Positions 29,302-39,254 of a stretch of 64,000 nt of DNA are shown piece after piece; the first letter of the stretch is position 1, and each line of letters starts with the position of its first letter. The position numbers were made by a program, and so were the translations under genes. This stretch comes from an uncultured Chloroflexia bacterium (GTDB lineage Bacteria; Chloroflexota; Limnocylindria; Limnocylindrales; CSP1-4). The notes beneath the pieces are model-generated. The model was not told the origin of the DNA. It saw only the letters and a list, made by a program, of their open reading frames with translations, and ran no database searches. The stretch is from positions 32,001 to 96,000 of the forward strand of contig CAVVYR010000029.1 of assembly GCA_963752475.1 (NCBI GenBank), in the 5' to 3' direction.

Positions 29302-29485
29302 TGTGGACGGATGTCGTCCGAGTCGACGCTAGTCATGCTCGTAGTCACCTGCACGGCAGGCTCGTCGCCATCACCGGTCGGCGTTGAGCGTGGCTGGGCA
29401 TGATCGCGTCGCGACTCGGGAGGATCCGGAGTCCAGGGGTGCCGGTTCGTGCGACTACGGTCGACTCGGGCGACATGTGTCCACA
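29302..29485. mobile_element. 184-bp MITE/REP-like element with ~33-bp imperfect terminal inverted repeats, copy 2
   Basis: Left tgtggacggatgtcgtccgagtcgacgctagtc; right gactacggtcgactcgggcgacatgtgtccaca. An extra partial right arm lies at 29511-29536. Confidence 0.75.
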
Positions 29486-29684
29486 TGATCGGGCTTGACC
29501 GGCCGACAACGTCGAGTGGAGCGACACCTGTCCACATCCGGCCACCGCTGTCGATGCGGGCGACACGCAAGGGGCCTTCCGTGTCGGCGTGAACCGCGGG
29601 GGTCGTCGGCACCCAGCACTCCGGGACCAGAGTTCCGGAGCCTCGACTATGCTGGCCGGACCTCCATCCCCCAAGAGGACCCAG

Positions 29685-30455
29685 ATGCACTTCCTCGACC
29701 GCGCTCGCCATGGCGCCTCCCTCCTCCTGACGCTACTGCTGACCACGCTGCTGGTCGCAGCCTCCGGGTCCGTCGTCGCCGCTCAGGAGCGTGACGATGG
29801 CCTGACATGGGCGCCACTGACCACGCCGCCGCCGATCGCGACCCCGCCCATCTGGTCTCCCACCGACCAGGTCGACGGCTTCTCGATGGGCGACCCGGAC
29901 GCACCGGTCGTGATCGAGGTCTGGGAAGACTTCCAGTGTCCCTACTGCCAGCGTTTCTCCTTCGAGATCAAGCCAGGTCTCGTCCAGGGCTATGTCGAGA
30001 CCGGCGACGTCCGGCTCGTGTTCCGCAACCTGGCCTTCCTGGGCGACGAGTCGCAGTGGGCGGCCGTAGCTGCCAGCCTCGCGGCGGACCAGAACATGTT
30101 CTGGCCCTTCCACGACTACCTCTTCGCCAACTTCGGGGGTAACGAGAGTGGCGCCTTCCACATCGACCGCCTGCTCGAGATGGGTGAGGCCGTCGGCCTC
30201 GACATGGAGCAGTTCCGTGAGGGCCTGGCCCTCGAGAACGCGCGCGAGCGTTGGGCCGAGATCGAGGCCGAGTCACGCATGGAGGCGTACGCCCAGGGCA
30301 TCAACGCTACCCCGACCGTGGTCGTGAACGGCGTGCCCCTTGAATCCCCGGACCTGGTCACCATCTCCGACGCGGTCGACATCGAACTGGCCAAGGCCGC
30401 CACGGCTTCGTCCGAGAGCGAGGTCGACGAGGCGGAGGATTCCGAAGAAGGCTAG
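29685..30455 (+). CDS. DsbA/BdbD-like thioredoxin-fold protein
   Basis: GDPDAPV, DFQCPYC and ATPT..VNG motifs; signal peptide. Confidence 0.92.
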   Translation: MHFLDRARHGASLLLTLLLTTLLVAASGSVVAAQERDDGLTWAPLTTPPPIATPPIWSPTDQVDGFSMGDPDAPVVIEVWEDFQCPYCQRFSFEIKPGLVQGYVETGDVRLVFRNLAFLGDESQWAAVAASLAADQNMFWPFHDYLFANFGGNESGAFHIDRLLEMGEAVGLDMEQFREGLALENARERWAEIEAESRMEAYAQGINATPTVVVNGVPLESPDLVTISDAVDIELAKAATASSESEVDEAEDSEEG

Positions 30456-30530
30456 TCCGGGACTGTTACGCCGGTGGTGGCGGGCGCGCTAGGATTGCCC
30501 AGTCCGGGCGCGCTGCAGGGAGACACCACA

Positions 30531-31310
30531 TTGACCTCGCCACCACCCACCGACGAGACCCCGGAGCCCAGAGAGTCGTCTGAGCCGGTCGAGTCCGACC
30601 ACATCGAGACCGGGCCTGCGACCGAGCCCGAAGTATCGGTGCCTGGGGCTGATCCTGAGGCCGGGTCCACGGACTCCGGCCGAAGGGCCGATATCGACCA
30701 GGTGTCGGCCATCGCCGAGGATCTCATCACTCGCGGTGCGCCCTGGGACTCCCGTACCTCCTGGACCATCGTCCTCGTCGAGGGCATCGTGGCCGCAATC
30801 GTCGGCCTGCTCTTCATCTTCAAGCCGCTCGGTGGCTCGAGCACCACGCTGCAGATCGTCGGGCTCATCCTGCTCGCGGGCTCGCTCGTGGCCAGCTTCC
30901 AACTCTGGCGCCGCCACCTGCGCCCGGAGATCGAACAACTGGCGTCGTTCCGCGCAGGGTCGGGTGTGACGGTGGGTCTCGTGGTCATCGTGGCCACCAT
31001 CTTCGTGCCCGTGACCGACGCGGTCGTGGCCGCTCTCGCGGTGGTCGTCGGCATCGGGTTCTTCATCTTCGGGATCACCGGCATCGCCGGCAGCTTCGTG
31101 CGGATGCAGATGGACGCGCCCCTGCCGCTGCCGACGCTCGTGGCCAACGCGATCCTGGCGCTCGCCGGCCTGGTGCTGGTCATCGCGGGTGCTCGCGGCG
31201 CTCAGTCGGTCGACGGCATCTTCAACCTTCTCGGCGTGCTGCTGATCGCCGCCGGCCTGGCGCTCGCCGGATACTCGTACATGCTTCGCCAACAGGACGA
31301 GGGCCGCTGA
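30531..31310 (+). CDS. HdeD/DUF308-like membrane protein
   Basis: Acidic disordered N-terminus, then about six TM helices (W..VLVEGIVA..VGL). Confidence 0.7.
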   Translation: MTSPPPTDETPEPRESSEPVESDHIETGPATEPEVSVPGADPEAGSTDSGRRADIDQVSAIAEDLITRGAPWDSRTSWTIVLVEGIVAAIVGLLFIFKPLGGSSTTLQIVGLILLAGSLVASFQLWRRHLRPEIEQLASFRAGSGVTVGLVVIVATIFVPVTDAVVAALAVVVGIGFFIFGITGIAGSFVRMQMDAPLPLPTLVANAILALAGLVLVIAGARGAQSVDGIFNLLGVLLIAAGLALAGYSYMLRQQDEGR

Positions 31311-31403
31311 TGCGGCGGCCTGGCTGAACCCGTCGCACTGAGGACCGACTAGCCCCGTCCCAACAGCTCGTCGAGTACCCCTAGTAGCTCCTCGCTCCCG
31401 GTC

Positions 31404-32720
31404 TCAGCCGAGGCCGCCCTTGCCCTCGCGGTCGGAGCTGTGGGCCTTCAGGCCGGTGATGAGCCGGCTGCCGCGGCCACGCGAGATGAACGACCACGCC
31501 CAGCGGACCATCACGAGCAAGCGGTTCTGCAGCCCGATGAGCCAGAAGATGTGGATGGCGAGCCAGGCGAACCAAGCCATGAAGCCGCTGAAGCGGATCA
31601 TGCGGAAGTCGGCCACGGCACGGAGCCGGCCGATGGTCGCGAGCTCGCCGAGGTCCTTGAACTCGAAGTCCGGGATGGCCACGCCGTCGCGCTTGGCGAT
31701 GATCGAGCGAGCTGCGTACTGACCGCCCTGGATGCCGCCCTGGGCCACGCCCGGCACCATCTGGCCCGGTGACCACTCGGCCGCGGCGAGGTCGCCGACG
31801 ACCCAGATATCGGGATAGTCGGGGATGGTCAGGTCCTGGTTGACCTGGATCCGACCGACCCGGTCGGTGGGAGCATCGGTGGCTTCGGCCACGGCCTTGC
31901 CGAACCTGCCCACGGCGACGCCGGCAGCCCAGAGCACGGTGCGGGCATTGATGCGGCTGGTTTCCGTGCCCTCGGTGCCGCGGACGGTGACGCCCTCGCC
32001 GTCGATCTCGGTGACCATCGTTCGGGTGCGGATGGTCACACCCAACTGCGCCAACTGTCGCGCGGCGGCCTTGGACAGTGACCGTGGGTAGGTCGGCAGC
32101 ACACGGTCGGTGCCCTCGACCAGGTAGACCACCGCCTCCTCGGTGTTGATGGCCCGGAAGTCGCGGGGCAAGGCGTCGCGAGCGATCTCGCACAACGAGC
32201 CAGCCAGCTCCACGCCCGTGGGGCCGGCACCGACGATGACGAAGGTCATCCAATCGTGCTGCCGAGCGCTGTCGGTCTCCAACTCCGCGTTCTCGAAGGC
32301 ATCGAGGATGCGGGCGCGCATCTGCAGCGCGTCCTCGAGCGTCTTGATGCCCGGCGCATACTCCGACCACTCGTCGTTGCCGAAGTACGAGTGCTTGGTG
32401 CCGGTGGCCACGATGAGAGAGTCGTACTCGAGGTCGGTGCCGTCATCGATACGCACGGTCCGCGCGTCCGGATCAAGGCTCATGGCCTCGGCTAGCAGCA
32501 CCCGCACGTCCTGATGCTTGCGCAGGATGAGGCGCAGGGGCTGGGCGATGTCCGAGGGCGTCAGGGCGCCGGTCGCGACCTGGTAGAGCAGCGGGCTGAA
32601 GAGATGGTGATTGCGCCGATCGACGAGCGTGATATCGACGTCGCGCTTGGCCAGGGCACGAGCTGCATACAGGCCGCCGTAGCCGCCGCCGATGATCAGG
32701 ACGCGATGTCGTTCAGGCAT
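31404..32720 (-). CDS. ndh: Type II NADH dehydrogenase
   Basis: GGGYGG, PLLYQVATG, VGAGPTGVELAG, WAAGV and VGD motifs. Confidence 0.93.
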   Translation of the reverse strand: MPERHRVLIIGGGYGGLYAARALAKRDVDITLVDRRNHHLFSPLLYQVATGALTPSDIAQPLRLILRKHQDVRVLLAEAMSLDPDARTVRIDDGTDLEYDSLIVATGTKHSYFGNDEWSEYAPGIKTLEDALQMRARILDAFENAELETDSARQHDWMTFVIVGAGPTGVELAGSLCEIARDALPRDFRAINTEEAVVYLVEGTDRVLPTYPRSLSKAAARQLAQLGVTIRTRTMVTEIDGEGVTVRGTEGTETSRINARTVLWAAGVAVGRFGKAVAEATDAPTDRVGRIQVNQDLTIPDYPDIWVVGDLAAAEWSPGQMVPGVAQGGIQGGQYAARSIIAKRDGVAIPDFEFKDLGELATIGRLRAVADFRMIRFSGFMAWFAWLAIHIFWLIGLQNRLLVMVRWAWSFISRGRGSRLITGLKAHSSDREGKGGLG

Positions 32721-32803
32721 CTGGGGACTCCTTCAGCTCGCGGACCCGTCTCCCCTCCCACGGGTGCTGCCGACAGGATGCCACGTCGCGCTTCCCCGCA
32801 CGC

Positions 32804-32843
32804 TTGACGGGAAGCTTATACTTTGTGAGTGCAAAGTACTTTG
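32804..32843 (+). promoter_or_regulatory. Promoter/operator: TTGACG plus overlapping palindromes TACTTTG-N6-CAAAGTA and CAAAGTACTTTG
   Basis: AT-rich inverted repeats upstream of a membrane protein and winged-helix regulator pair. Confidence 0.7.
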
Positions 32844-32880
32844 GGGGAAGCGATGAGCAGCACCGGCCGACCTGACGGAG

Positions 32881-33447
32881 ATGGAGCGAGAGACATACCG
32901 CGCGTACTGGTCGGACGGGATCGTGGACATCTACCTCGGGGTCTCGATGCTGTTCATGGGCGCGATGTGGACCTTGGTCAGCGACCTCGCGGGCATCGCG
33001 GGCGTGCTGCCCGCGGTGTTCGTCACGCCGGTGCTCGCGGGACGGAAACGGTTCGTCGAGGCCCGGCTCGGACACGTGGAGTGGCGGCCGCCTCGCCGAG
33101 ACTGGGAGCGACGCAATCTGCTGCTGCTCCTGACCTCGGGGATCGCGCTCTTCGTCCTGGGCGGAGCCACGTTCCTGTTGGTGGACGGCGGCGATGGCCT
33201 CCGCCCGTTCGCGCCAGGCATCCTGGCCTGGCTGCTGGCTGCCATCGCGCTGGGGCTGGCGCTCGTGCTCGACGCCATGCGGATGCTGATCTACGCGGCG
33301 GTGCTGGCACTGAGTGGTGCGGCTGTCGTTGCCCTCGGAGCCAACCCGGGTTGGCCCATGCTCGCGTGCGGTGTGGTCGCGACGGTCGTCGGCCTGGTCA
33401 TGCTTCGCCGCTTCATCGAACGCCATCCGGTCATCGAACCGGCGTGA
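32881..33447 (+). CDS. Hypothetical multi-TM membrane protein
   Basis: DGIVDI and RLGHV motifs, about six TM helices; stop overlaps the regulator start. Confidence 0.8.
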   Translation: MERETYRAYWSDGIVDIYLGVSMLFMGAMWTLVSDLAGIAGVLPAVFVTPVLAGRKRFVEARLGHVEWRPPRRDWERRNLLLLLTSGIALFVLGGATFLLVDGGDGLRPFAPGILAWLLAAIALGLALVLDAMRMLIYAAVLALSGAAVVALGANPGWPMLACGVVATVVGLVMLRRFIERHPVIEPA

Positions 33448-33752
33448 GCGACGACGCGCCCTCCCCTTTCGGGCTCGACCGCCTGATCCACGAACCGGCT
33501 CGCCTGGTGCTCGTATCCAACCTGGCCATCGTCGACGAGGCCGACTTCGTCTTCCTCTCCGCTCGAACGGGTCTCACGGCGGGCAACATCAGCTCGCACA
33601 TGTCACGACTCGAGAGCGCCGGCTACGTGCACATCGAGAAGTCGTTCGCCGGCAAGCGCCCGCGCACCACCTACGCCCTGACCCCGGTGGGCCGCGCGGC
33701 GTTCGAGCGCTACCGCGCCCAGGTCGATGGGTTGCTCAGGGCCGACCGCTAG
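33444..33752 (+). CDS. Winged-helix transcriptional regulator (HTH_34, MarR/ArsR-like)
   Basis: LDRLIHEPARL, GLTAGNISSH..LE.AGYV and RPRT.Y.LT..GR.AF motifs. Confidence 0.92.
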   Translation: MSDDAPSPFGLDRLIHEPARLVLVSNLAIVDEADFVFLSARTGLTAGNISSHMSRLESAGYVHIEKSFAGKRPRTTYALTPVGRAAFERYRAQVDGLLRADR

Positions 33753-33984
33753 CCCGAGCCTGCTCGACGAGCCACATGGCCGCAGCGTCCCGGGTCATGT
33801 ACTGGCCCGACTTCCTGCGTCGCGGGGTGGTCGCCATCCAGCGGGAGCCGAACTGCCCGGCACCCAGGCGAAAGCGGCCCACGCGGCCGATGCGCGTGTC
33901 CTTGTAGAACACCTCGTACTGACCGGCGCCCGGCGGGGATGTCTTGCGGTACTTGATGTGCTTGGAATCCGGACTCGCGACCAT
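33736..33984 (-). CDS. Small basic hypothetical protein (82 aa)
   Basis: GAGG before the ATG, GC3-biased codons, aromatic-rich beta-strand pattern. Confidence 0.65.
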   Translation of the reverse strand: MVASPDSKHIKYRKTSPPGAGQYEVFYKDTRIGRVGRFRLGAGQFGSRWMATTPRRRKSGQYMTRDAAAMWLVEQARASGRP

Positions 33985-34010
33985 GGCCTCTCGAGGATAG
34001 CGCCAGAGCT

Positions 34011-34925
34011 CTATGCGGACCGCGGCGGGTTCTCCGCTCGAGCCGCATCGATGAGCGAGTCAGCCACCGTCGATCGAGCGGGCCGTACGAGATCGTCAAG
34101 GTGCCCGTCCGCAGGTGCAAGCCTGATGTCGACCCGGCCGTCGCTGACCTCGTGCAGCCACAGCCCGGGCAGCCCGGAGCGATCGTCGACGAAGCGACCG
34201 TCACGCACCGAGCCCTCGCGTCCCTCGGGACGGACCACCCGATACCGACCACCATCGACGAGCAGCCCGGCCCAGTTGTCCAGGCCGAGCCCGGACTCGC
34301 CGGCGTGGCGCAGCATCATGGCTTCGAAGTCGCTGGCCCGAAGGACACCATTCGACTGCGTGGCCTCGTAGTGTGGGCAGAGCAACCCGGGCAGCAGGCC
34401 GAGACCGTCGACGCGGATGTAGCGCCAATCAGCCGCTCGCGGATCATCGGCCGGCAGGGGCTCGAGATACGAGGCGGGGTCCATCGAGTCGCTGTGGCCG
34501 CCGTCGAACCAGCAGATAGCGCCGGCGCTGCCACCACAGGCCACGAGCCCTCCATCGATGGCCGTGGACAGCCTCGCGTCGAGACCGAGTGAGGCCCAGC
34601 GATCCACGGCGTAGAGCGTGTTGCCGCCGCTCACGAACACGGCGTCGGCCCGCTCGAGGGCCTCGTCGATCTCCGGGGCCGACGGATCTCGTGTGGCCAG
34701 ATCGAGTGGGCGCACGCGGCAGCCGAGCTCGGCGAAACGGATGGTCTGCCGCTGGCGCGGCTCGGGCGCGTCGTATGTCGCGGTCCCAAGGTAGAGCAGT
34801 TCGAGCCCGGCGGCGTCCTTGCCGCTCAGCTCGATGACGAGCTCGGCCATGCCTGGCTCGGCCAGCCCGCCGCCGGAGCCCATGAAGAGGCCGCGGACGT
34901 TCGATGTCGAAGGTGCGTCGGTCAT
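34011..34925 (-). CDS. Peptidase S51 (peptidase E-like)
   Basis: YLGTATYD, FVSGGNT, GGSAGA (nucleophile Ser) and CPHY motifs. Confidence 0.9.
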   Translation of the reverse strand: MTDAPSTSNVRGLFMGSGGGLAEPGMAELVIELSGKDAAGLELLYLGTATYDAPEPRQRQTIRFAELGCRVRPLDLATRDPSAPEIDEALERADAVFVSGGNTLYAVDRWASLGLDARLSTAIDGGLVACGGSAGAICWFDGGHSDSMDPASYLEPLPADDPRAADWRYIRVDGLGLLPGLLCPHYEATQSNGVLRASDFEAMMLRHAGESGLGLDNWAGLLVDGGRYRVVRPEGREGSVRDGRFVDDRSGLPGLWLHEVSDGRVDIRLAPADGHLDDLVRPARSTVADSLIDAARAENPPRSA

Positions 34926-34951
34926 GCCCCTGAGTGTGCCCGGACAGGAGA

Positions 34952-34985
34952 AGACCCGGGCCGGAGGGGGGACCGGCCCGGGTCT
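34952..34985 (-). terminator. Intrinsic terminator hairpin, 13-bp stem
   Basis: agacccgggccgg-N8-ccggcccgggtct downstream of the nitroreductase gene. Confidence 0.78.
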
Positions 34986-35008
34986 GAGGGGACTGGCAGG
35001 GGGCGCCG

Positions 35009-35431
35009 CTAGCGGGGCTCGAGCACGATCACCGGGATGTACGAGCGCTTGGTCTGCTTCTCGTATTCGGCGAAGTTGGGGAGGGCTGCCTTCTGCTTGT
35101 TCCAGATGCGGTCGTATTCCTGGCCCTTGGCCTCGCGCGCCCGGACCGCGATGGACTCGGCGCCGACCTCGACGGTGGTGTCGGGGTGGGTGAGGAGGTT
35201 GTAGTACCAGGCCGGATTGTCATCGGCACCGCCCTTGGACGCGAAGACCGCCCAGCCGGCCTCGAGCTTCTGGCTGGCCAGCGGGGCGATGCGCTCGACG
35301 CCGCTCTTGGCGCCCTTGTGGTGGACGAGCGCGATGGGTACGCCGGTGAAGTAGCCGCCCACGATGCCGTCGTTAGCGCGGAACTCCTCGATGACGGCCT
35401 TGTTCTGGTCAGCCCACTTGTTGTCGGACAC
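35009..35431 (-). CDS. F420-dependent nitroreductase family (Ddn/FDOR-A) protein
   Basis: VIEEFRANDG.VGG, GAKSG..R, ASKGG...NPAWYYNL and IPVIVL motifs. Confidence 0.95.
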   Translation of the reverse strand: MSDNKWADQNKAVIEEFRANDGIVGGYFTGVPIALVHHKGAKSGVERIAPLASQKLEAGWAVFASKGGADDNPAWYYNLLTHPDTTVEVGAESIAVRAREAKGQEYDRIWNKQKAALPNFAEYEKQTKRSYIPVIVLEPR

Positions 35432-35463
35432 GGCGACTTCCTTTGTCGTTTCATTCGTAATCT

Positions 35464-35504
35464 TTGCGTATGCAACAATATCGCACGACAGCGATGTTCG
35501 TCAA
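35464..35504 (-). promoter_or_regulatory. Promoter TTGACG-18-TATTGT with MarR-like palindrome TTGCGTATGCAA
   Basis: Lies between the divergent nitroreductase and MarR genes. Confidence 0.55.
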
Positions 35505-35546
35505 GGCCTACCATCAGCACACGGAGACGACGACGCAGGAGACGAC

Positions 35547-36044
35547 GTGACCGAGACCATCGAGAAGACGGCGCACCCCAAGACCGACCTCATCCCCCAC
35601 GATCGTCGAGCCACGACCGACGCCCTGCTCGACGCCAGCATGCTCGTGGGCGCCGCTATCGAGCGACTGGCCGTGGGCCCGGCGGGGCTCGATGCGGCCA
35701 CGGCCGATCTGCTGGTTCGGCTGACGCAGTCGCCTTCGTGCGGCATCCGCGGCGTGGACATCGGCGAGCAGTGCCAGATGACGGCTACGCGTGTCTCGCG
35801 GCTGCTGGACCGGGCGGAGGCCGAGGGACTGGTCCAGCGCACGCCGGACCCGACCGACCGACGGGCGCAGCACGTGGTGCTGACCGAGGAGGGCTACGAG
35901 GCCGCCGAGCGCCTGGCGCCGATGATGAACGACGTCCTCGACGAGCTCGTCTACGAGACCCTCACGGCGCAGGAGCGCGCTACCCTCATCAAGCTCCTGG
36001 GCAAGCTGACCGCCCGTGCCCGAGAGATGCTGAACGACCACTGA
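35547..36044 (+). CDS. MarR family regulator
   Basis: AGGAG RBS plus GTG; VSRLLDR.E.EGLV.R..DPTDRRA..V.LT..G. Confidence 0.92.
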   Translation: MTETIEKTAHPKTDLIPHDRRATTDALLDASMLVGAAIERLAVGPAGLDAATADLLVRLTQSPSCGIRGVDIGEQCQMTATRVSRLLDRAEAEGLVQRTPDPTDRRAQHVVLTEEGYEAAERLAPMMNDVLDELVYETLTAQERATLIKLLGKLTARAREMLNDH

Positions 36045-36057
36045 CGAGGAGACCCAG

Positions 36058-36486
36058 ATGCACCTGATCGCACGCTCGCTCGTGGCATCCATCGCCACCC
36101 TCGCGCTGGCCGTTCCGGCCGTGGCCCAGGAAGAGGAGGTAGCCAAGTCCACCATCTCCGCCATCGAGCGGGGTGAGGCCGAGTCCATGGTCTACCTCGA
36201 GGGAGCAGCCCTCGAACACACCGAAGACGATGACGAGTACCTCTTCAGCGACGGTACAGGCACGATCCGCATCGACGTCGACGAGAACGCCGGCGCGGGT
36301 GAGCTCCCGCTCTTCGAGCTTGTGGGCATCGAAGGCACGCTGGCCGCGGACGAGATCGATGTCTCGCGTTGGGCTGTCCTGCCCATCATCACCCCGGCGG
36401 TCATCGTGCCCGAAGAACAGGTCATCGAAGCCTTCTGGGGCTGGATCGTGGCCTACGGCAGCCAGGCACCTGAACCCACGGAGTAG
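36058..36486 (+). CDS. Secreted bacterial OB-fold (YgiW/YdeI-like) protein
   Basis: Signal peptide; V.LEG, EYLFSDGTGTIRIDVD and EIDV motifs. Confidence 0.85.
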   Translation: MHLIARSLVASIATLALAVPAVAQEEEVAKSTISAIERGEAESMVYLEGAALEHTEDDDEYLFSDGTGTIRIDVDENAGAGELPLFELVGIEGTLAADEIDVSRWAVLPIITPAVIVPEEQVIEAFWGWIVAYGSQAPEPTE

Positions 36487-36491
36487 CCTGC

Positions 36492-36707
36492 CTAGGCCTT
36501 TGGAGCGCGGCGAGACAGGCGGTCGAACCATTCCCGCGCACGGCGCGGAGGGGTGGTCGACTCGGTCATGTGCCTTCGCCGAAGGCGGTGGCGCAGCCAG
36601 ATGGGCGTGGGCTCCTTGCCCAGCGGGCGCGTGCGATCCTCCAGCGTCGAACTCGACATGATGGGGACACGTTGAGAGCCCAGGTGGGCCGGCGTGTGCT
36701 GTGCCAC
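36492..36707 (-). CDS. Possible small Arg-rich protein (71 aa)
   Basis: AAGGGAG RBS before the GTG; fills the intergenic space; no recognisable motif. Confidence 0.4.
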   Translation of the reverse strand: MAQHTPAHLGSQRVPIMSSSTLEDRTRPLGKEPTPIWLRHRLRRRHMTESTTPPRRAREWFDRLSRRAPKA

Positions 36708-36932
36708 GGTCTACTCCCTTCGCCAGGAACGGTCCTGATTGCCTGACCGGGCACATGGGCAGACGCCGCCGCGGAGGCGGCTCATCAAGGATACGGGGCT
36801 CTGCAAGAGGCCGGCGGTCACCTGGTCGAAGGCGCAGTCGGGGACGACGTCGGACGCGTACCGAAGCAGGTGCCGGATGGCATCTCCTGCTTCCTGCCGT
36901 GGGCGGCCCGTCGACAGAGACGGAGCCGTTCG

Positions 36933-39140
36933 CTACCCGTCGACCAGGGAGCGCAGGAGTCGGCGGACGTCGCGCGGACCAGCCAGACGGAAGCGAGCAG
37001 CCGTGGAGCCGCTGCCGACACGGATGGTCCAAGCGCTGCGCGACAGGCTGGCGAAGAGGTCCTCGTCGGTGCGGTCATCGCCGATGGCGAGCACGAACGA
37101 CTTGCGCCGGAAGCGGGAGGCCAGGAGCGCCGCGACCTCGCCCTTGTTGGCCCAGGCATAGCGCACCTCCACGACCTTGTTGCCATGGATCACGGCCAGC
37201 TCGGTCCCGGCCAGCTGGTTCTCGAGCGTAGCCACCAGTTCGTTGGCCAGCCAGGAACCGAACTCCGCATCCACGAGCCGGTAGTGCCAGGCCAGCGCGT
37301 ACTGCTTGTTCTCGACGAGCGATCCCGGCGCGCTGGCCGCGTACTGCTCGAGCATCGGCCGTACGTGGTCCTTCCACGAGAGGTCCATGCCGCCGCGCAG
37401 CATCTCCCAACCCTCGCGACCGGGCTCCCGCATGAGCGCGCCGTGCTCGACGGCCAGACCCAGGTTCGGGATGTCGCCGAACCAGCCTTCGATGTCGGCC
37501 TGTGAGCGCCCGCTGATGATGGCGGTGGTGGTGTCGGGCAGAGCAGCCAGGTCCCGCAGGAGCGTCATCAGCCTTGAGCTGGGCGCGGCATCCTGGGGGC
37601 GCGGCTTGATGTCCACGAGCGTGCCGTCGTAGTCGAGCAGCAACAGTCGTCGCTCGGCCTTGGCGAACGCGGCTCGGGCGGCTTCGGGGTCCGGCGTGGG
37701 CCGATCCTTGTGCATCGTCTGTCCGTCGCCAGTGGTCGCGGCACGCAAGCCTTCGATGAAGCGCTCGGCCCAGACCACCGCGTCGTTGCGGTGGACGCGT
37801 TCGTGCAGCGCGGCCATGCGTTCGGCTCGGTCCTCCGAGTCCATCTCAAGGGCCCGGACCATGACCTCGGCCGTCCCGACCTCGTCGTAGGGATTGATGC
37901 GCAGCGCTTCGCCCAGTTCGTGAGCGGCACCGGCGAACTCGCTCAACACGAGCACGCCGTCACCACCGTGCTGGCAGGCGACGTACTCCTTGGCCACGAG
38001 GTTCATGCCGTCACGCACAGGCCCCACCCAGGCCACGTCCGCGGCCGAGTAGAGCGCGGCCAGCTCCTGCTTGTTGACCGAGCGACGGAGGTACACCACG
38101 GGCTGCCACTCGGGCGTGCCGAAGTCACCGTTGACCTCACCCACGAGCTCGCTGACCTCGCTGCGGAGTTCGGCGTAGGCCGGCACGCGCTCCCGCGAGG
38201 GCACCGCTACCTGCACCAACGTGACCTTGCCTCGCCAGTTCGGTGATGAGCGAAGGAGCCGTCGGAAGGTGCGCAGACGCTCGGGGATGCCCTTGGTGTA
38301 GTCGAGTCGGTCGACCGAGATCATGAGCTTGCGCCCATGGTGGCGCTCGTTGAGCTCGGCGCGACGTCGAGCCACCTTGCGGTCGTCGCGGATGAGCTCC
38401 TCCCACTCGTCGGACTGGATGCCGATAGGCAGGGCCGAGAGATGGACCGTGCGGCCGTCGACCTGGACGCTGTCCATCTGGCTCTCGAGCCCGAGCACCT
38501 GCAGCAGCGAGCGGCGGAAGTTGTGCAGGTGGCCGTGGGTCTGGAAGGCCAACGAGTCGGCCCCCAGGAGGCCGCGCAGCAGCTCCTCTCGCTCGGGCAG
38601 GATGCGGAAGACCTCGGACGACGGGAACGGGATGTGCAGGAAGAAGCCGATGCGGGCGTTGGGAGCACCCTCGCGGATCATCTGTGGCACCAGCATCAGC
38701 TGGTAGTCGTGCGCCCAGATGAGGTCGTTCTTGCGGGTGCGCGAGAGCACGGCTTCGGCGAAGCGCTCGTTGGCCGCGCGATACGCGCCCCAGCTCTCGG
38801 GCGCGAAGACGACCCTCGTGGGGAACCCGTGCAGCAGGGGCCAGAGCGTGTCGTTGGCGTAGCCCTCGTAGAACGAGCGCGAGACCTTGGCCGGGATCTC
38901 CACGGCCACGTAGCCGTGCTCGTCCTCCCACTCGCGCATGAGCCGGGCCCGGCCCTCAGGCTCACCGGGGAGCGCATCACCGGGCCAGCCGAGCCAGAGA
39001 CCGTGTGTCTGCTGCATCAACGGCGCCATGGCCGCTACCAGCCCGCCAGAAGACCGCTCGCCGCGCCAGCGGCCTGATACTCGCTTCGCTGTCAATGGCA
39101 GCCGGTTCGAGACGACCAGCAACCGCTCTTTGGTAGTCAC
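36933..39140 (-). CDS. Bifunctional trehalose-6-phosphate synthase/phosphatase (OtsA-OtsB fusion)
   Basis: [31 protein letters not shown] and DGMNLVAKE; HAD domain with DYDGTL and GDDRTDED. Confidence 0.96.
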   Translation of the reverse strand: MTTKERLLVVSNRLPLTAKRVSGRWRGERSSGGLVAAMAPLMQQTHGLWLGWPGDALPGEPEGRARLMREWEDEHGYVAVEIPAKVSRSFYEGYANDTLWPLLHGFPTRVVFAPESWGAYRAANERFAEAVLSRTRKNDLIWAHDYQLMLVPQMIREGAPNARIGFFLHIPFPSSEVFRILPEREELLRGLLGADSLAFQTHGHLHNFRRSLLQVLGLESQMDSVQVDGRTVHLSALPIGIQSDEWEELIRDDRKVARRRAELNERHHGRKLMISVDRLDYTKGIPERLRTFRRLLRSSPNWRGKVTLVQVAVPSRERVPAYAELRSEVSELVGEVNGDFGTPEWQPVVYLRRSVNKQELAALYSAADVAWVGPVRDGMNLVAKEYVACQHGGDGVLVLSEFAGAAHELGEALRINPYDEVGTAEVMVRALEMDSEDRAERMAALHERVHRNDAVVWAERFIEGLRAATTGDGQTMHKDRPTPDPEAARAAFAKAERRLLLLDYDGTLVDIKPRPQDAAPSSRLMTLLRDLAALPDTTTAIISGRSQADIEGWFGDIPNLGLAVEHGALMREPGREGWEMLRGGMDLSWKDHVRPMLEQYAASAPGSLVENKQYALAWHYRLVDAEFGSWLANELVATLENQLAGTELAVIHGNKVVEVRYAWANKGEVAALLASRFRRKSFVLAIGDDRTDEDLFASLSRSAWTIRVGSGSTAARFRLAGPRDVRRLLRSLVDG

Positions 39141-39254
39141 CCCTTCAGCATAGGCCGAATGGCGTGACCGGGATGGACCGCCGTTCACTAGCCTTCACCA
39201 CACCATTCCCCTAACGTGAGTGCCAGCGTCGGTCGCCTGTCAGCGGAGGTCGGG

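Noticed and set aside
36710-36930. Possible riboswitch or ncRNA downstream of the trehalose gene
   Set aside because: Only short GC hairpins, with no recognisable Rfam signature.
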